Assembly: GCA_009914755.4 (NCBI GenBank)
Contig: CP068257.2
Coordinates: forward strand, 31,648,001-31,712,000
Reading direction: 5' to 3'
Source of the DNA: the human T2T-CHM13v2.0 reference genome, Homo sapiens
DNA: 64,000 bases
The notes beneath the pieces were generated by a model. That model made no database searches. It saw only the letters and a program-made list of their open reading frames with translations, and had not been told where the DNA came from. The translations under genes and the position numbers were made by a program. Shown piece by piece: positions 32,700 to 48,290 of this stretch (position 1 is the stretch's first letter; every line of letters starts with the position of its first letter).

Positions 32700-34960
32700 A
32701 TATATTTAAAAAATACTCAAAGATTGCCAATGAGAAAAATAAAAGAAAAAGACAAACAGAACCAATTGACTCTTAAAGAAATAGAATATTGGAACAGAAG
32801 AGAATGTCACAGAAACCCAAATTCTAAAAGATCCCACATTCGTGCATCCATAAAATGAGAACATGATGCTATATATTAAAAAATCAGAATAAAGAAGTGC
32901 TTTTAAAAATTAAACATATAATCACAGAAATAAATATTTCATTAGAAATCAAGTAAATCTTCCGGAACCAAGGACAAAAATATAAAGAGTTAAAAACTAG
33001 AGAGAACATATTAGGAGATCTCAAGGGTCAATCCAGGAAGTACAATTTTCTACTAATAGGAGTTTAAGAAAGAAGAAAGAAAATGGAAGGGAGGAAGTAT
33101 TTAAAACACGGTGCAAGGATGAGACTTCTGCTTCTGGCCATGATGGAGTAACATGGAGCAGATTTACTCTTTCGCCTTAAACTATAAATAAACAACCAAA
33201 ATAGCACAAAAGATTTAAAATACATATTTTTAGATATTAGACAATAAAAAACTCAGGACAGTAATCCCTAAGAGAAGAGAAACAATTGAGATGATCTCTA
33301 CAATTGCCCAAACTGACTTACTGGAGAGAATTTCTAGGCCTCAGCATAGAGAGAAGGACTCCATATCCCTGTGGGTCGAGGAAACGCAGCTAGGAGTCCA
33401 AGGAGGCCAGGGCAGCTAGATTTCATGGAGTAGAGAACCAGATAAGACAGAGCTTCACACAGAGAAAAAGCTCCAGAGAGCTGCAAAGAGTATTAGGCTA
33501 ATTACTGATCAGACAATGTGTAGTAAGGAAACTTGAGGCCAGGGAAAGAACCACGCTAAAAAAGCAAAGGGATAAATCCCCAGGGTTCATGCTGGGCTGA
33601 AAATAGTTTCCAACCAGCGTGGAAAATCTCATAATTCATGAAGCATCAGGTAGCATACTCAGGGGGCTATTACTTCAATAGTGGGGCAAATGTGCTCTTA
33701 CACCAAACACTTGCCTGATCCTCTCTGACAAAAGCAAGCCTCAAAAGTACCAAACCATTTCCAAGTAGCTTAGCTGGATCCCAGAATAAAACTCAAGCAA
33801 TATTTATAGGAATAAAGAAATATCCAGCACCCAACAATGTAAAATTTATAATGTCTGGCACCCAATAAAAAATTACTAGCCATGAAAAAAGGTAGGAAAA
33901 TACAACCCATAATGAATGAGAGTGTTTTTTAACAAAAAAATTAAACAAATTAAATTCAATAGAGTTTAATTTAGCAAAGAACAATTCATAAATTGGGCAG
34001 CCCCCAGAATAGGTTCAGAGCAACTTCAGGGCTGCCACATGGTCAATAACATTTTTAAACAGAAAAAGGAAAGGGATGTACAGAAAACAGAAGTGAGATA
34101 CAGAAATAGCTGGATTGATCACAGCTGTTTTGTTGCCTTATTGAAGCTGGCTTAAACAGCTGGCCACCTGTGAATGGCCAAAACTCAGCTGCTGTGATTG
34201 GCTGAGACTCCGCTACTTGTTACAAGAGCAAATTACAGTCTGTTTACACATCTAGGTAGGCTACAGTTCATGATGTACAAAGAAGCCTTTAGGCCAGACT
34301 TAAAATATGTAAGGAGGTAGCTTTAGGCTAAATTTAATTTAACAAGAAGAAAAGTAAATCAATAGAAATAGTAGATAGATTTGGTAGACTGGGACATTAA
34401 AACGGTTATTGAAACCATATTTTATATGTTCAAGAAGATGAAAGAAAGCATTAGTATATTAAGGAAAGACATGAAATATATTTTTAAAAGACTAAATCCA
34501 ACTTCTAGAGATGAAGAGTACAATGTCTGAGATGAAAAATATACTGAATTCAGATTAATAGCTGATTAGACACTGTAGAAGAAAAGAGCAGTGATATTGA
34601 AGACATAGTGATAGAAACTATTCAAAATGAAAGACACAGGGGAAAGGACAAGAAAAAATGAAAGAATAGCATCGAACACAACTTTAAGGAGTCTAATAAG
34701 TGTGCATTTTGAAGGAGAGTAAAGCGAGGATAAGAAAAAAATTGAAAGAATGGCCAATAGTTTTCCAAGCTTGATGAAAACTATAAACCCATCGATCCAA
34801 GAAGCTCACCAAACCCCAGCCACAAAAATAATACATGAAAATTTTCTTCAGCTAGACAGACACAAGTCCTCAAATAGAAAGGGTCCACTGAATGGTGTCA
34901 AGCAATCAGGTGTCCAGATAGTATTTAGGACAATGAGCTGAACTGAAAATAACAATCAAG
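32700..34960 (+). mobile_element. Ancient LINE-1 5' portion (5'UTR/ORF1 region), 3'-truncated. Clear ORF1 homology at about 34380-34870
   Basis: 34380-34870 aligns to L1 ORF1 from memory: ggacattaaaacggttattgaaaccatattttatatgttcaagaagatgaaag...ccaacttctagagatgaagagtacaatgtctgagatgaaaaatatactgaattcagattaatagctgattagacactgtagaagaaaagagcagtgatattgaagacatagtgatagaaactattcaaaatgaaag...ccaagcttgatgaaaactataaacccatcgatccaagaagctcaccaaaccccagc. Upstream extent is less certain. Confidence 0.55.
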
Positions 34961-36904
34961 CCTTTATTAACTGCAAACAAGAAGCAAAAAAGAGGCGGCA
35001 GCACCCCAGTGTTCCTTTTTCCCCTACAGAATGGCCAGGAATGCAGATACGCTTATGAGCAGGGCTGGCCAGAGGTGGTGTGGGAGGTGGGAAAGCTGAG
35101 TCCTTAACCACAAATCCCTCTAGAAAAATGCAGTGCACTGTAGTGCACATGCAAGTCTGGTATGGGGAGGACAGTTTCTCCCCATGAGGCCTGGCAGACA
35201 AAGCTTTGTAATTTCTGTGGTCAGGATTGAAAGATCATGCACAAGATTTTGGGACGGAGCCAGACTCCTCAAATGAGGAGCAGAATCATTAGGGGAATAA
35301 AGGCTCATCCTCCTCTTTCCAATACGCTGATAGATATAAAATCTGGATATCAGGAAAGAAATCTAGGCTGAAGACCAATTTGGGAGCCATGAGCATAAAT
35401 GACAGTCAGTGAACTCACAGAAGAGGAAGAGACCACTATAGGAGATGAGAAAAGAAGATGAGCCAGGACAAAGCAGTGAGGGACACTAATATTTAAGTCA
35501 CAAGCAGTGGAGTGGGTTGTCCTGGAGATTGAGAAGAATGGCCAGAAAGACAGATGCAACAGCAAACGAGTATGGAATCATGAGAAAAAGAGCGTGGGGA
35601 ATGATAGATACCAAATGCTATGGAGAAGTCAAGTAAAATCAAGGCTATAAAATGTCTAATAGATCTGAATACTAGAAATTAGCTGATGATCTGGGTGAGA
35701 AGAGAATAAGCAAAACGGGACAGAAAGATAAGCTCAGTGGGCTGAGGAATACATAAGTGAGAAAACAAAGATAGTTGTGGACAAATGTAGACAGATTTGG
35801 CTACGAATAATAACAGGAAGGACGGCTTCTGGAGTGAATGCAGCATATACGCCTTTTTAAATTGGGAGAGACTTGAGAATGTGTAACTGTTAACGAGAAG
35901 AAACTAAAGAGAGGAGATAAAGTCATGAAAAAACGTAAAAATAATCAACGGATAGCCATCCCTATGAAGGGGTGGCTCACGGAAGCAGACAGAGAGATTT
36001 TCATTTGACTGAAAGAAGGATGTCTTCCCAACGACAGGGAAAGACAGAATGGAAGCAGGTGCAGGTGAGTTTGAAGTTTTGGTGATGGAGAGCTGAAACC
36101 TGATCTGTTGACTGTATTTTCCAAGAAACTAGGAGCTGGGTGGAGGAACATCTGTTGAAAATGAGAAGAAAAGCTGTAGGGTAGAGATGTGAAGTAAGTG
36201 TAGGTTTTTAATTTCAGCTCAATTGAGGTTGCAGACTATGAAGTTTTGATCATTGGGGCTATTTGATCCTTCAGGTTTTCTCCAGAAAAACTAGATCTTC
36301 CCTCTGAGCCCTCCTGAAGTAGGAAAAACAGTAACCACGATGGTCAGAAAAAAATAACCAAAATTACTGAGCACACTGTGCCAGACACTAAACTAAGCTC
36401 TTGGTGTGCATTAACTGATTAAAAATTCATCACACCACTATGATATAGATTTTATTATAGTCCCCATGAGGAAGCAGGAAAAAAGATTAAGTAACTTGCC
36501 CAAGATCCCAGAGTGATGGAGGTGGGATAGCAACCTAAGTCAACTTCAGAACTCAGACTCTTAACCAGTAGGCCAGTCTCTGTTTAAGAGATACTTAGTT
36601 ACCACTTGAAAAGGCGTATGGCTGTCTTCCATGTTACTGCTTAAAAACAGACATCTTTCTCAGTATGCAGTGAGCATGCAGCCACACTCAATCTTTCCTC
36701 AAGCCATGTGAACACAGACTAGACCTTCAAATATGCTGTTCCCTTTATTTAGAATGCTGTATCCCTCTTCTTTTCCTATCTCCTACTTATACTCTGCCTC
36801 CCCTTAAACATCTCTTACTGCAGGTCACCTGCTGCAATGTGTATCCCTCACCACTAAACTAGTTTAGTGTTCCCACCGTTTGCTTCATCATCATCATTAT
36901 TACT

Positions 36905-37188
36905 ATTTTGAAATAGCATCTCACTCTGTCACCCAGGCTGGAGTGCAGTGGTGTGATCACGGCTCATTGTAGCCTTGACTTCCTGGAGTTCAAGCGATTC
37001 TCCAGGCTCAGCCTCCTGAGTAGCTAGGACCACAGGCCTCTGCCACCTCATCCAACTAATTGTATTTTTTGCAGATATGGGGGTCTCTCTTTGTTGTCCA
37101 GGCTGGTCTCAAACTCCTGGGCTCAAGTGATCCTCTTGCTGCAGCCTCTCAAAATGCTGGGATTACAGGTGTGAGCCACTGTGCCAGC
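36905..37188 (-). mobile_element. Alu (minus)
   Basis: gaaatagcatctcactctgtcacccaggctggagtgcagtggtgtgatcacggctcattgtagccttgacttcctggagttcaagcgattctccaggctcagcctcctgagtagctaggaccacagg... Confidence 0.85.
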
Positions 37189-38437
37189 TTCACTACTATC
37201 TTTTACTGAATTGCCTGCCTACTGGGATGAGGAAATGTATAGGATGATAAAGCACCAAGGAGAAAGACATTCTGGAGATTCCAGAGTAGAACGGCTCAGA
37301 TTCCTTCCTGAACATCCTGGAGCTAGTGTTTGTACACCCTCAAAGTCTGTGCCACTGGGCTGCTACTCAGCTAGGACTCTTCTCCTTTCATCTACCAACC
37401 TCTCCTCCCAGAAAGAAGTGAATTTATTCTTCTGGAAGGTTCTAAAGCAGTGATTTCTAATCCAGGGTGCACCCACCCTAGGGGTTTGCGTTGGATTACA
37501 GGGTCCACCGAAGTGCAGTGAAATTCTATTTACATTCTTTAATAAGAAATAAATTAAGCTTTTGATATTTGATATATAACCTAGCACAAGCACCTTCACT
37601 TGGTCCAAATGCCAGAGCATCACATTGTCACATTCAGTGATGTGTGACACACTTGAGAACAGAGTGAGAAACTCACAAGGTGGAAATGCGCAGCGATGCT
37701 TCTGCTTGTACACTTTTGGAGTTTGTGATTATGTCTAGCCATTTACTTGGCTTGATGTGTGTTTACAGGTCGTTAGCTAGTTTTAACTAAATTAATGCTC
37801 ACAAAATGGATGTGACAAGATTCTTGCAAATAAATTGGAAATTAAAGATAGTACTATTAATACACAAGTGAATAAGATAACAGCAGCCTTGACATATTAG
37901 CTAATCACAGTATGAAGCCATCACATTAGGAAGACATTTTCCAGAAAAGCAAACCCCCACAATTTCTTTCCAAGAGTGTTTAAAGTCATATGATACTCAT
38001 TCGTTTTGGTTCTTTACAAAATTTCGTAATTGGTGACAGTGTTTAGAAACTGCTTTGGGGGTTCTTAATAGCAAAAGACAAAAAGCCACATGCCCCTTGT
38101 TCTTCTTTCTACAATATGACAAACTAAAATACATTCCTCAGTCAGCAATAGTGTTGGACTGTGTATAGCAAATACGGCTGACAATGCGAAGAAACAAGAG
38201 TTCAATTTCACAGTGTGGGAAATCTGCCACGTAATCATATGGAAACATGCTCTAAAGCACAGATGTTTCTAACATGTCTTTTTCCAAAAGTGAAATACCC
38301 AAGGAACGACTTTTTCTTTGTTAGCCAAAAAGGGAAAGATAAAATATATACTCAACAGTAATTTACTTCCTTAATTAAAACAAAAAGTTTTAGTGCCCAT
38401 ATATTGGTTTCTAAATACCATCCCCCAATAAAAACAT

Positions 38438-38462
38438 CATCAACAACAACAACAACAACAAA
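38438..38462. repeat. (CAA)8 trinucleotide repeat
   Basis: atcatcaacaacaacaacaacaacaaaaagc. Confidence 0.9.
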
Positions 38463-39720
38463 AAGCAGGGCCCCTTGAAGAAATGGCTGATTTTAGGGCT
38501 GAGCAGGAAAAATATAAGATGAACTTGGAACATCTTGTGCTAGAAAGTAAAGAAGTGTTAGAAAAAATTAAGAGCATACTAGCAAAAGGAACAAGAGTCA
38601 GCTTGAAGTGGCTGCCACTGGCCAAATCTAGGACAATTTGAGCATTAAAATAAATAAGGAGGGTGAATTGGTAGAGCACAGGTGATATTTAGGGCGGTGA
38701 AATGCCTCTGTATGATGCTGTAATGGTAGATACATGACATTATGTTGCAAGTGGTTATGTATGAGAAGGGCAGGAGACGGCTCTTCCCCCACCCACCAGG
38801 AATGTCAGGTGATGGTTCAACAATCACATTGCCTCTCTAAAAATAATTCAGCACCCAGAGCCGAATTATCTCCTAATGGTCCACAGCTATTACATTAGAG
38901 TGTTAATTGAATGTAGGCGCCAAGAAGCAAAAAGAGCTTCCAATAATCTCCGGTATTGGGTGAGTGAGCCGGTGCATGCACATTAAGAGACAAAACGGCA
39001 GAGTATGACCTTCCGGGGGCACTCCATCGGAAAAGGGAAGAAATCTTCAGATGGGCATGCGCACAACTTCCTAAACACACTGCACATGTTCACCTCCCAA
39101 GTGTAAGAAGGGCACTGCGCATGCGGGCAGCCCACCCTAAGGGAAGAATCATGGGAAAGGGGTGCAAAACCCCAGAAGTGGGCCAGCCTATAAATCCTAG
39201 AATCACAGTTAAACGCTGCATTTGTCCTTCAATTTGCCCGCTTGGGTCTCTTCCAAGTGTACTTTCCTTTCTTTCCCGTTCTAAAGCCTTTTTAAATAAA
39301 CTTCCACTCCTTCTCTGAAACTTGCCTCAGTCTCTTTTTCCGCCTTATGCCCCTCAGTCGAATTTGCTGTGCAGGTAACTGGGATGCCTTCTACCAGTAA
39401 CAATTATACATTGTAAAAACCCATAGAATGTACAACACCAAGAAAGAACTCTTACGTAAACTCTGGACTTTAGTTAATAATGTATCAGTATACGTTCATC
39501 AGCTGTAAGAAATGTACCACCCCAATGCAAGATGTTAACAACGGGAAACTGAAAGCAGGCTTGGGATGAGGGGGTATATAAGAACTCTCCACACTGTCTG
39601 TAAACCTAAAACTCCTCTAAAAGTTGTATATTAATTTTAAAAATTTAAGTAAGGATAACAATGAACTATAACCAATGAAATAAAATAAGAATCTGTGAGT
39701 CTATACTAATAATAAATGGA

Positions 39721-40064
<344 letters not shown>

Positions 40065-40761
40065 TCAACTAATATTTGCAGTGAGAGGGTCAGGGTTGAA
40101 AACTTACCATTTCATGACCATCACAGGTAGGATAGTTCAGGCAAGGATGATTAATGGATGTTAATTCTAGAAGAAAAGTTTGATGAACAGCAGAATATTT
40201 GCAGGATTTCCGAGTGTCTTCCCACCAATTAGCTGCAGGAGGTGGGGTGGGAGGGGAGGTCGATGGGGGGCGGAATAGTAACTATACAATGGAGACTGTA
40301 ACTATAATACTTTGATACATGATCAAAATTAACATCACATATGAGGTACTAATAAGCTTAATGTGCCTGTGAAGGGACTGAGGACACCACACAAGCCAGG
40401 TACGCATAATCTGAAATTAATCAGGAGAAACCATCAGACAAGTCCAAATTGGAGAAGCATTCTATAAAATAGTTGGCCTGTGTTTTTCAAAAAAAAAAAA
40501 AAAAATCCCCAAATCAAAAAAATGTCCATGACATGAAAGACAATGGCCAGGGAAGTACTCTGGATTAAAGAAAGCTAAAGAAGTTCAGGAAAATAAATAA
40601 CATACATACATGACTTTGTATGTGTATTTAAAGAGGGAGTGTAGATATGGCAAAATATTAACGATTTGCTGAATCTGGGCAACGGGTATGTGGGAGCTAT
40701 CTTACTATTTTTGCAACTTGTCTGTAATTTCAAATTATTTCCAAGCAAAAAGTAAAAATGG

Positions 40762-41121
<360 letters not shown>

Positions 41122-41845
41122 CTAGAATAAAGGAGAGAAGGGAGGTTCTGGGTTAAGGTTACAGAGCTTGCACCACAGGGGAAATTAATTCATGTCTTAT
41201 CCTTAAATAAATTATTACAGCAAAAAAGTTGAAACTAAAGTACACGAAGTACTTACCACAGGGTGTCACAGCTGTGGCAAATTTTATTAAAGCACAATCC
41301 AATTTTATTAAAATACAATTCAATGTTTATAATAGGTTGTATTAAGATGGGGAAGAGTGAAAATCTTAGGAAAGGAGGAAGAAAAGGAGGGGAGGAAATT
41401 GTCAATGTGTTTAAAAATCTAATTAAACTTTTCAGTCATTTTGAGCTCATTGTTCTAAATATAAAAATGCATCCTATTCCAACTAGTTTGCAAGAACTTT
41501 TGGACAGCAGGAAATGGAAATTTTAATTTAAACATGCAGAGTCGTTCAAAAGGCTTTTAAAATAAGTATTATTTTGTAATTGCAACCAGGAATTTTTCCT
41601 CTTCCATTTGGATTCACGTATCTTCATGGGGTGTTTTTCCACCTTTGGTGTTGTTAAAACGAAGTACTGACACACTCAAAATCAAACCCCCAAATCGATG
41701 AATCGTAAAGTGATAATTCAAAGTTTTTTAAACGATACCTAACAGCTGGATAGATTGCCTAAAAATCATTATTCACTCAAACTGGGTGAATTTCAAGATA
41801 CATAAATTATACCTCTAAGATGTTTTTAAAATAGGCATATTTCCC

Positions 41846-42123
41846 CTGGGCGTGGTGACTCACGCCTGCAATCCCAGCACTCCGGGAAGCAAAGGTGAGC
41901 GGATCACTTCAGGTCAGGAGTTCCAGACCAGCCTGGGTAACACAGCGGAAATCCCATCTCCACTAAAAATACAAAAACTAGCCGGGCGCAATAGCGCACA
42001 GCTGTAATCTCAGCTACTCAGGAGGCTGAAGCAGGAGAATCGCTTGAACCCGGAAGGCGGAGGTTGTGGTGAGCCGAGATCGCGCCACTGCACTCCAGCC
42101 CGGGTGACAGAGCAAGACTCCGA
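41846..42123 (+). mobile_element. Alu (plus) lacking a poly(A) tail. The giant AT-rich array begins where its tail should be
   Basis: cctgggcgtggtgactcacgcctgcaatcccagcactccgggaagcaaaggtgagcggatcacttcaggtcaggagttccagaccagcctgggtaacacagcggaaatcccatctc...ccagcccgggtgacagagcaagactccg|attcgaacaatgcaatggaatatat. Confidence 0.85.
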
Positions 42124-42277
42124 TTCGAACAATGCAATGGAATATATACATATATGTATATATGGAACATATATACATATGTGGAACAAATACATATATG
42201 GAACATACATATGTGGAACAAATACATATATGGAACATACATATGTGGAACCAATACATATATGGAACATACATATG

Positions 42278-42660
42278 TGGAACCAATACATATATGCAAC
42301 ATACATATGTGGAACCAATACATATATGCAACATATATATGTGGAACCAATACATATATGCAACATATATATGTGGAACCAATACATATATGCAACATAT
42401 ATATGTGGAACCAATACATATATGCAACATATATATGTGGAACCAATACATATATGCAACATATATATGTGGAACCAATACATATATGCAACATATATAT
42501 GTGGAACCAATACATATATGCAACATATATATGTGGAACCAATACATATATGCAACATATATATGTGGAACCAATACATATATGCAACATATATATGTGG
42601 AACCAATACATATATGCAACATATATATGTGGAACCAATACATATATAGAACATATATAT
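42278..42660. repeat. Array sub-block B: ~12 copies of the 32-bp unit gcaacatatatatgtggaaccaatacatatat
   Basis: Exact 32-bp periodicity visible across lines 42301-42660. Confidence 0.9.
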
Positions 42661-42669
42661 GTGGAACCA

Positions 42670-43075
42670 ATATATATGGAACATACGTATGTGGAACATA
42701 CATATGTGGAACATACGTATGTGGACCATACATATGTGGAACATACGTATGTGGACCATACATATGTGGAACATACGTATGTGGACCATACATATGTGAA
42801 ACATACGTATGTCGACCATACGTATGGGTCCCATATACATATGGGACACATACGTATGGAATATATATATGGGACACATACGTATGGAATATATACGTAT
42901 ATATACATATGGGACACATACGTATGGAATATACATATGGAATATACATATATGGGACACATAAGTATGGAATATATACGTATGGAATATACACGCATGG
43001 AATATATACGTATGGAATATATATGTATGGAATATACACGTCTGGAATATATATGTATGGAATATTCACGTATGG
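42670..43075. repeat. Array sub-blocks C/D: ~30-bp units ggaacatacgtatgtggaccatacatatgt, then ~20-bp units tatggaatatatacgtatggaatatacacgca (CpG-bearing ACGT cores)
   Basis: Read directly; this is the most CpG-dense stretch of the array (acgtat, cacgca, cacgtc). Confidence 0.85.
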
Positions 43076-43440
43076 AATATATATCTGGAATATATATATA
43101 TGGAATATATATCTGGAATATATATATGGAATATATATCTGGAATATATATATATGGAATATATATCTGGAATATATATATATGGAATATATATCTGGAA
43201 TATATATATGGAATATATATCTGGAATATATATATATGGAATATATATCTGGAATATATATATATGGAATATATATATGGAATATATATATATGGAATAT
43301 ATATGGAATATATATATATGGAATATATATATGCAATATACATATATGGAATATATATATGCAATATACATATATGGAATACATATATGCAATATATATA
43401 TGGAATATATATATGGAATATATATATGGAATATATCTAT
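43075..43440. repeat. Array sub-block E: ~26-28-bp units ggaatatatatctggaatatatatatat
   Basis: Read directly. Confidence 0.85.
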
Positions 43441-44270
43441 AATATATATACGGAATATATATATACGGAATATATATATAATATATATACGGAATATATA
43501 TATACGGAATATATATATAATATATATACGGAATATATATATACGGAATATATATATAATATATATATAATATATATACGGAATATATATATACGGAATA
43601 TATATATAATATATGTATGGAATATATATATACGGAATATATATATAATATATGTATGGAATATATATATACGGAATATATATATAATATATGTATGGAA
43701 TATATATATACGGAATAGATATATAATATATGTATGGAATATATATATACGGAATATATATATAATATATATATATATGGAATATATATATACGGAATGT
43801 ATATATAATATATATATATATGGAATATATATATACGGAATGTATATATAATATATATATACGGAATATATATATACGGAATGTATATATAATATATATA
43901 CGGAATATATATATACGGAATGTATATATAATATATATACGGAATATATATATACGGAATGTATATATAATATATATACGGAATATATATATACGGAATG
44001 TATATATAATATATATACGGAATATATATATACGGAATGTATATATAATATATATACGGAATATATATATACGGAATGTATATATAATATATATACGGAA
44101 TATATATATACGGAATGTATATATAATATATATACGGAATATATATATACGGAATGTATATATAATATATATACGGAATATATATATACGGAATGTATAT
44201 ATAATATATATACGGAATATATATATACGGAATGTATATATAATATATATACGGAATGTATATATACGGA
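43440..44270. repeat. Array sub-block F: 39-bp unit cggaatatatatatacggaatgtatatataatatatata (about 20 copies; extremely regular from 43790 to 44270)
   Basis: 21-nt phase shift per 60-nt printed line = 39-bp period; two CpGs (acgg) per unit. Confidence 0.9.
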
Positions 44271-47200
44271 ATGTATATATATGGAATATATATACGGAAT
44301 GTATATATATGGAATGTATATATATGGAATGTATATATGGAATGTATATATATGGAATATATATGGAATATATATATATGGAATATATATATGGAATATA
44401 TATATATGGAATATATATATGGAATATATATATATGGAATATATATATGGAATATATATATATGGAACATATATATGGAATATATATATATGGAACATAT
44501 ATATGGAATATATATATATGGAACATATATATGGAATATATATATATGGAATATATATATGGAATATATATATATGGAATATATATATGGAATATATATA
44601 TATGGAATATATATATGGAATATATATATATGGAATATATATATGGAATATATATATATGGAATATATATATGGAATATATATATATGGAATATATATAT
44701 GGAATATATATATGGAATATATATATATGGAATATATATATGGAATATATATATATGGAATATATATATGGAATATATATATATGGAATATATATATGGA
44801 ATATATATATGGAATATATATATATGGAATATATATATGGAATATATATATGGAATATATATATGGAATATATATATGGAATATATATATATGGAATATA
44901 TATATGGAATATATATATATGGAATATATATATATAGAATATATATATGGAATATATATATATGGAATATATATATGGAATATATATATATGGAATATAT
45001 ATATGGAATATATATATATGGAATATATATATGGAATATATATATATGGAATATATATATGGAATATATATATGGAATATATATATATGGAATATATATA
45101 TGTGGAATATATATATGGAATATATATATGTGGAATATATATATGGAATATATATATGTGGAATATATATATGGAATATATATATGTGGAATATATATAT
45201 GGAATATATATATGTGGAATATATATATGGAATATATATATGTGGAATATATATATGTGGAATATATATATGTGGAATATATATATGTGGAATATATATA
45301 TGTGGAATATATATATGTGGAATATATATATGTGGAATATATATATGTGGAATATATATATGTGGAATATATATATGTGGAATATATATATGTGGAATAT
45401 ATATATGGAATATATATATGTGGAATATATATATGGAATATATATATGTGGAATATATATATGGAATATATATATGTGGAATATATATATGGAATATATA
45501 TGTGGAATATATATATATGGAATATATATGTGGAATATATATATGGAATATATATGTGGAATATATATATATGGAATATATATATGGAATATATATATAT
45601 GGAATATATATATGGAATATATATATATGGAATATATATATGGAATATATATATATGGAATATATATATATGGAATATATATATATGGAATATATATATG
45701 GAATATATATATATGGAATATATATATATGGAATATATATATATGGAATATATATATATGGAATATATATATATGGAATATATATATATGGAATATATAT
45801 ATATGGAATATATATATATGGAATATATATATATGGAATATATATATATGGAATATATATATGGAATATATATATGGAATATATATATATGGAATATATA
45901 TATATGGAATATATATGGAATATATATATATGGAATATATATGGAATATATATATATGGAATATATATATGGAATATATATATATGGAATATATATATGG
46001 AATATATATATATGGAATATATATATGGAATATATATATGGAATATATATATGGAATATATATATGGAATATATATATATGGAATATATATATGGAATAT
46101 ATATATATGGAATATATATATGGAATATATATATATGGAATATATATATGGAATATATATATATGGAATATATATATATGGAATATATATATATGGAATA
46201 TATATATATGGAATATATATATATGGAATATATATATGGAATATATATATATGGAATATATATATGGAATATATATATATGGAATATATATATGGAATAT
46301 ATATATATGGAATATATATATGGAATATATATATGGCATATATATATATGGAATATATATATGGGATATATATATATGGAATATATATATGGGATATATA
46401 CATGGAATATATATATGGGATATATACATGGAATATATATATATGGGATATATACATGGAATATATATATGGGATATATACATGGAATATATATATATGG
46501 GATATATACATGGAATATATATATATGGGATATATACATGGAATATATATATGGAATATGTATATATGGAATATATATATGGAATGTATATATATGGAAT
46601 ATATATATGGAATGTATATATATGGAATATATATATGGAATATATATATGGAATATATATATGGAATATATATATGGAATATATATATGGAATATATATA
46701 TGGAATATATATATGGAATATATATATGGAATATATATATATGGAATATATATATGGAATATATATATATGGAATATATATATGGAATATATATATATGG
46801 AATATATATATGGAATATATATATATGGAATATATATATGGAATATATATATGGAATATATATATGGAATATATATATGGAATATATATATGGAATATAT
46901 TTATGGAATATATACATATGGAATATATTTATGGAATATATACATATGGAATATATTTATGGAATATATACATGGAATATATATATGGAATATATACATG
47001 GAATATATATATGGAATATATACATGGAATATATATATGGAATATATACATGGAATATATATATATGGAATATATACATGGAATATATATATATGGAATA
47101 TATACATGGAATATATATATATGGAATATATACATGGAATATATATATATGGAATATATACATGGAATATATATATATGGAATATATACATGGAATATAT

Positions 47201-47570
47201 ATATATGGAATATATACATGGAATATATATATATGGAATATATACATGGAATATATATATATGGAATATATACATGGAATATATATATATGGAATATATA
47301 CATGGAATATATATATATGGAATATATACATGGAATATATATATATGGAATATATACATGGAATATATATATATGGAATATATATATATGGAATATATAT
47401 ATGGAATATATATATATGGAATATATATATGGAATATATATATATGGAATATATATATGGAATATATATATATGGAATATATATATGGAATATATATATA
47501 TGGAATATATATATGGAATATATATATATGGAATATATATATGGAATATATATATATGGAATATATATAT
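44270..47570. repeat. Array core block G-I: GGAATATATATA(T) 11-14-bp units (~25/26-bp doublets), with variant runs GTGGAATATATATAT (45090-45560), GGGATATATACATGGAATATATATAT (46330-46560), GGAATATATACATGGAATATATATATAT (46890-47400)
   Basis: Read directly; CpG-free. Confidence 0.9.
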
Positions 47571-48290
47571 GGAATATAGAGATGGAATATATATATGGAA
47601 TATAGAGATGGAATATATATATGGAATATAGAGATGGAATATAGAGATGGAATATAGAGATGGAATATAGAGATGGAATATAGAGATGGAATATAGAGAT
47701 GGAATATAGAGATGGAATATAGAGATGGAATATAGAGATGGAATATAGAGATGGAATATATATGGAATATAGAGATGGAATATATATGGAATATAGAGAT
47801 GGAATATATGTGGAATATAGAGATGGAATATAGAGATGGAATATAGAGATGGAATATAGAGATGGAATAGATATGGAATATAGAGATGGAATAGATATGG
47901 AATATAGAGATGGAATAGAGATGGAATATAGAGATGGAATATAGAGATGGGATATAGAGATGGGATATAGAGATGGGATATAGAGATGGGATATAGAGAT
48001 GGGATATAGAGATGGGATATAGTGATGGAATATAGAGATGGGATATAGAGATGGAATAGATATGGAATATAGAGATGGAATAGATATGGAATATAGAGAT
48101 GGAATAGATATGGAATATAGAGATGGAATATAGAGATGGGATATAGAGATGGGATATAGAGATGGAATATAGAGATGGGATATAGAGATGGAATATAGAG
48201 ATGGGATATAGAGATGGAATATAGTGATGGGATATAGAGATGGAATATATAGATGGAATATAGAGATGGAATATATAGATGGAATACATA
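47570..48290. repeat. Array distal block J: ~55 copies of the 12-bp unit GGAATATAGAGAT, with GGGATATAGAGAT and GGAATAGATAT variants
   Basis: Read directly; the block closest to IFNAR1. Confidence 0.9.
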
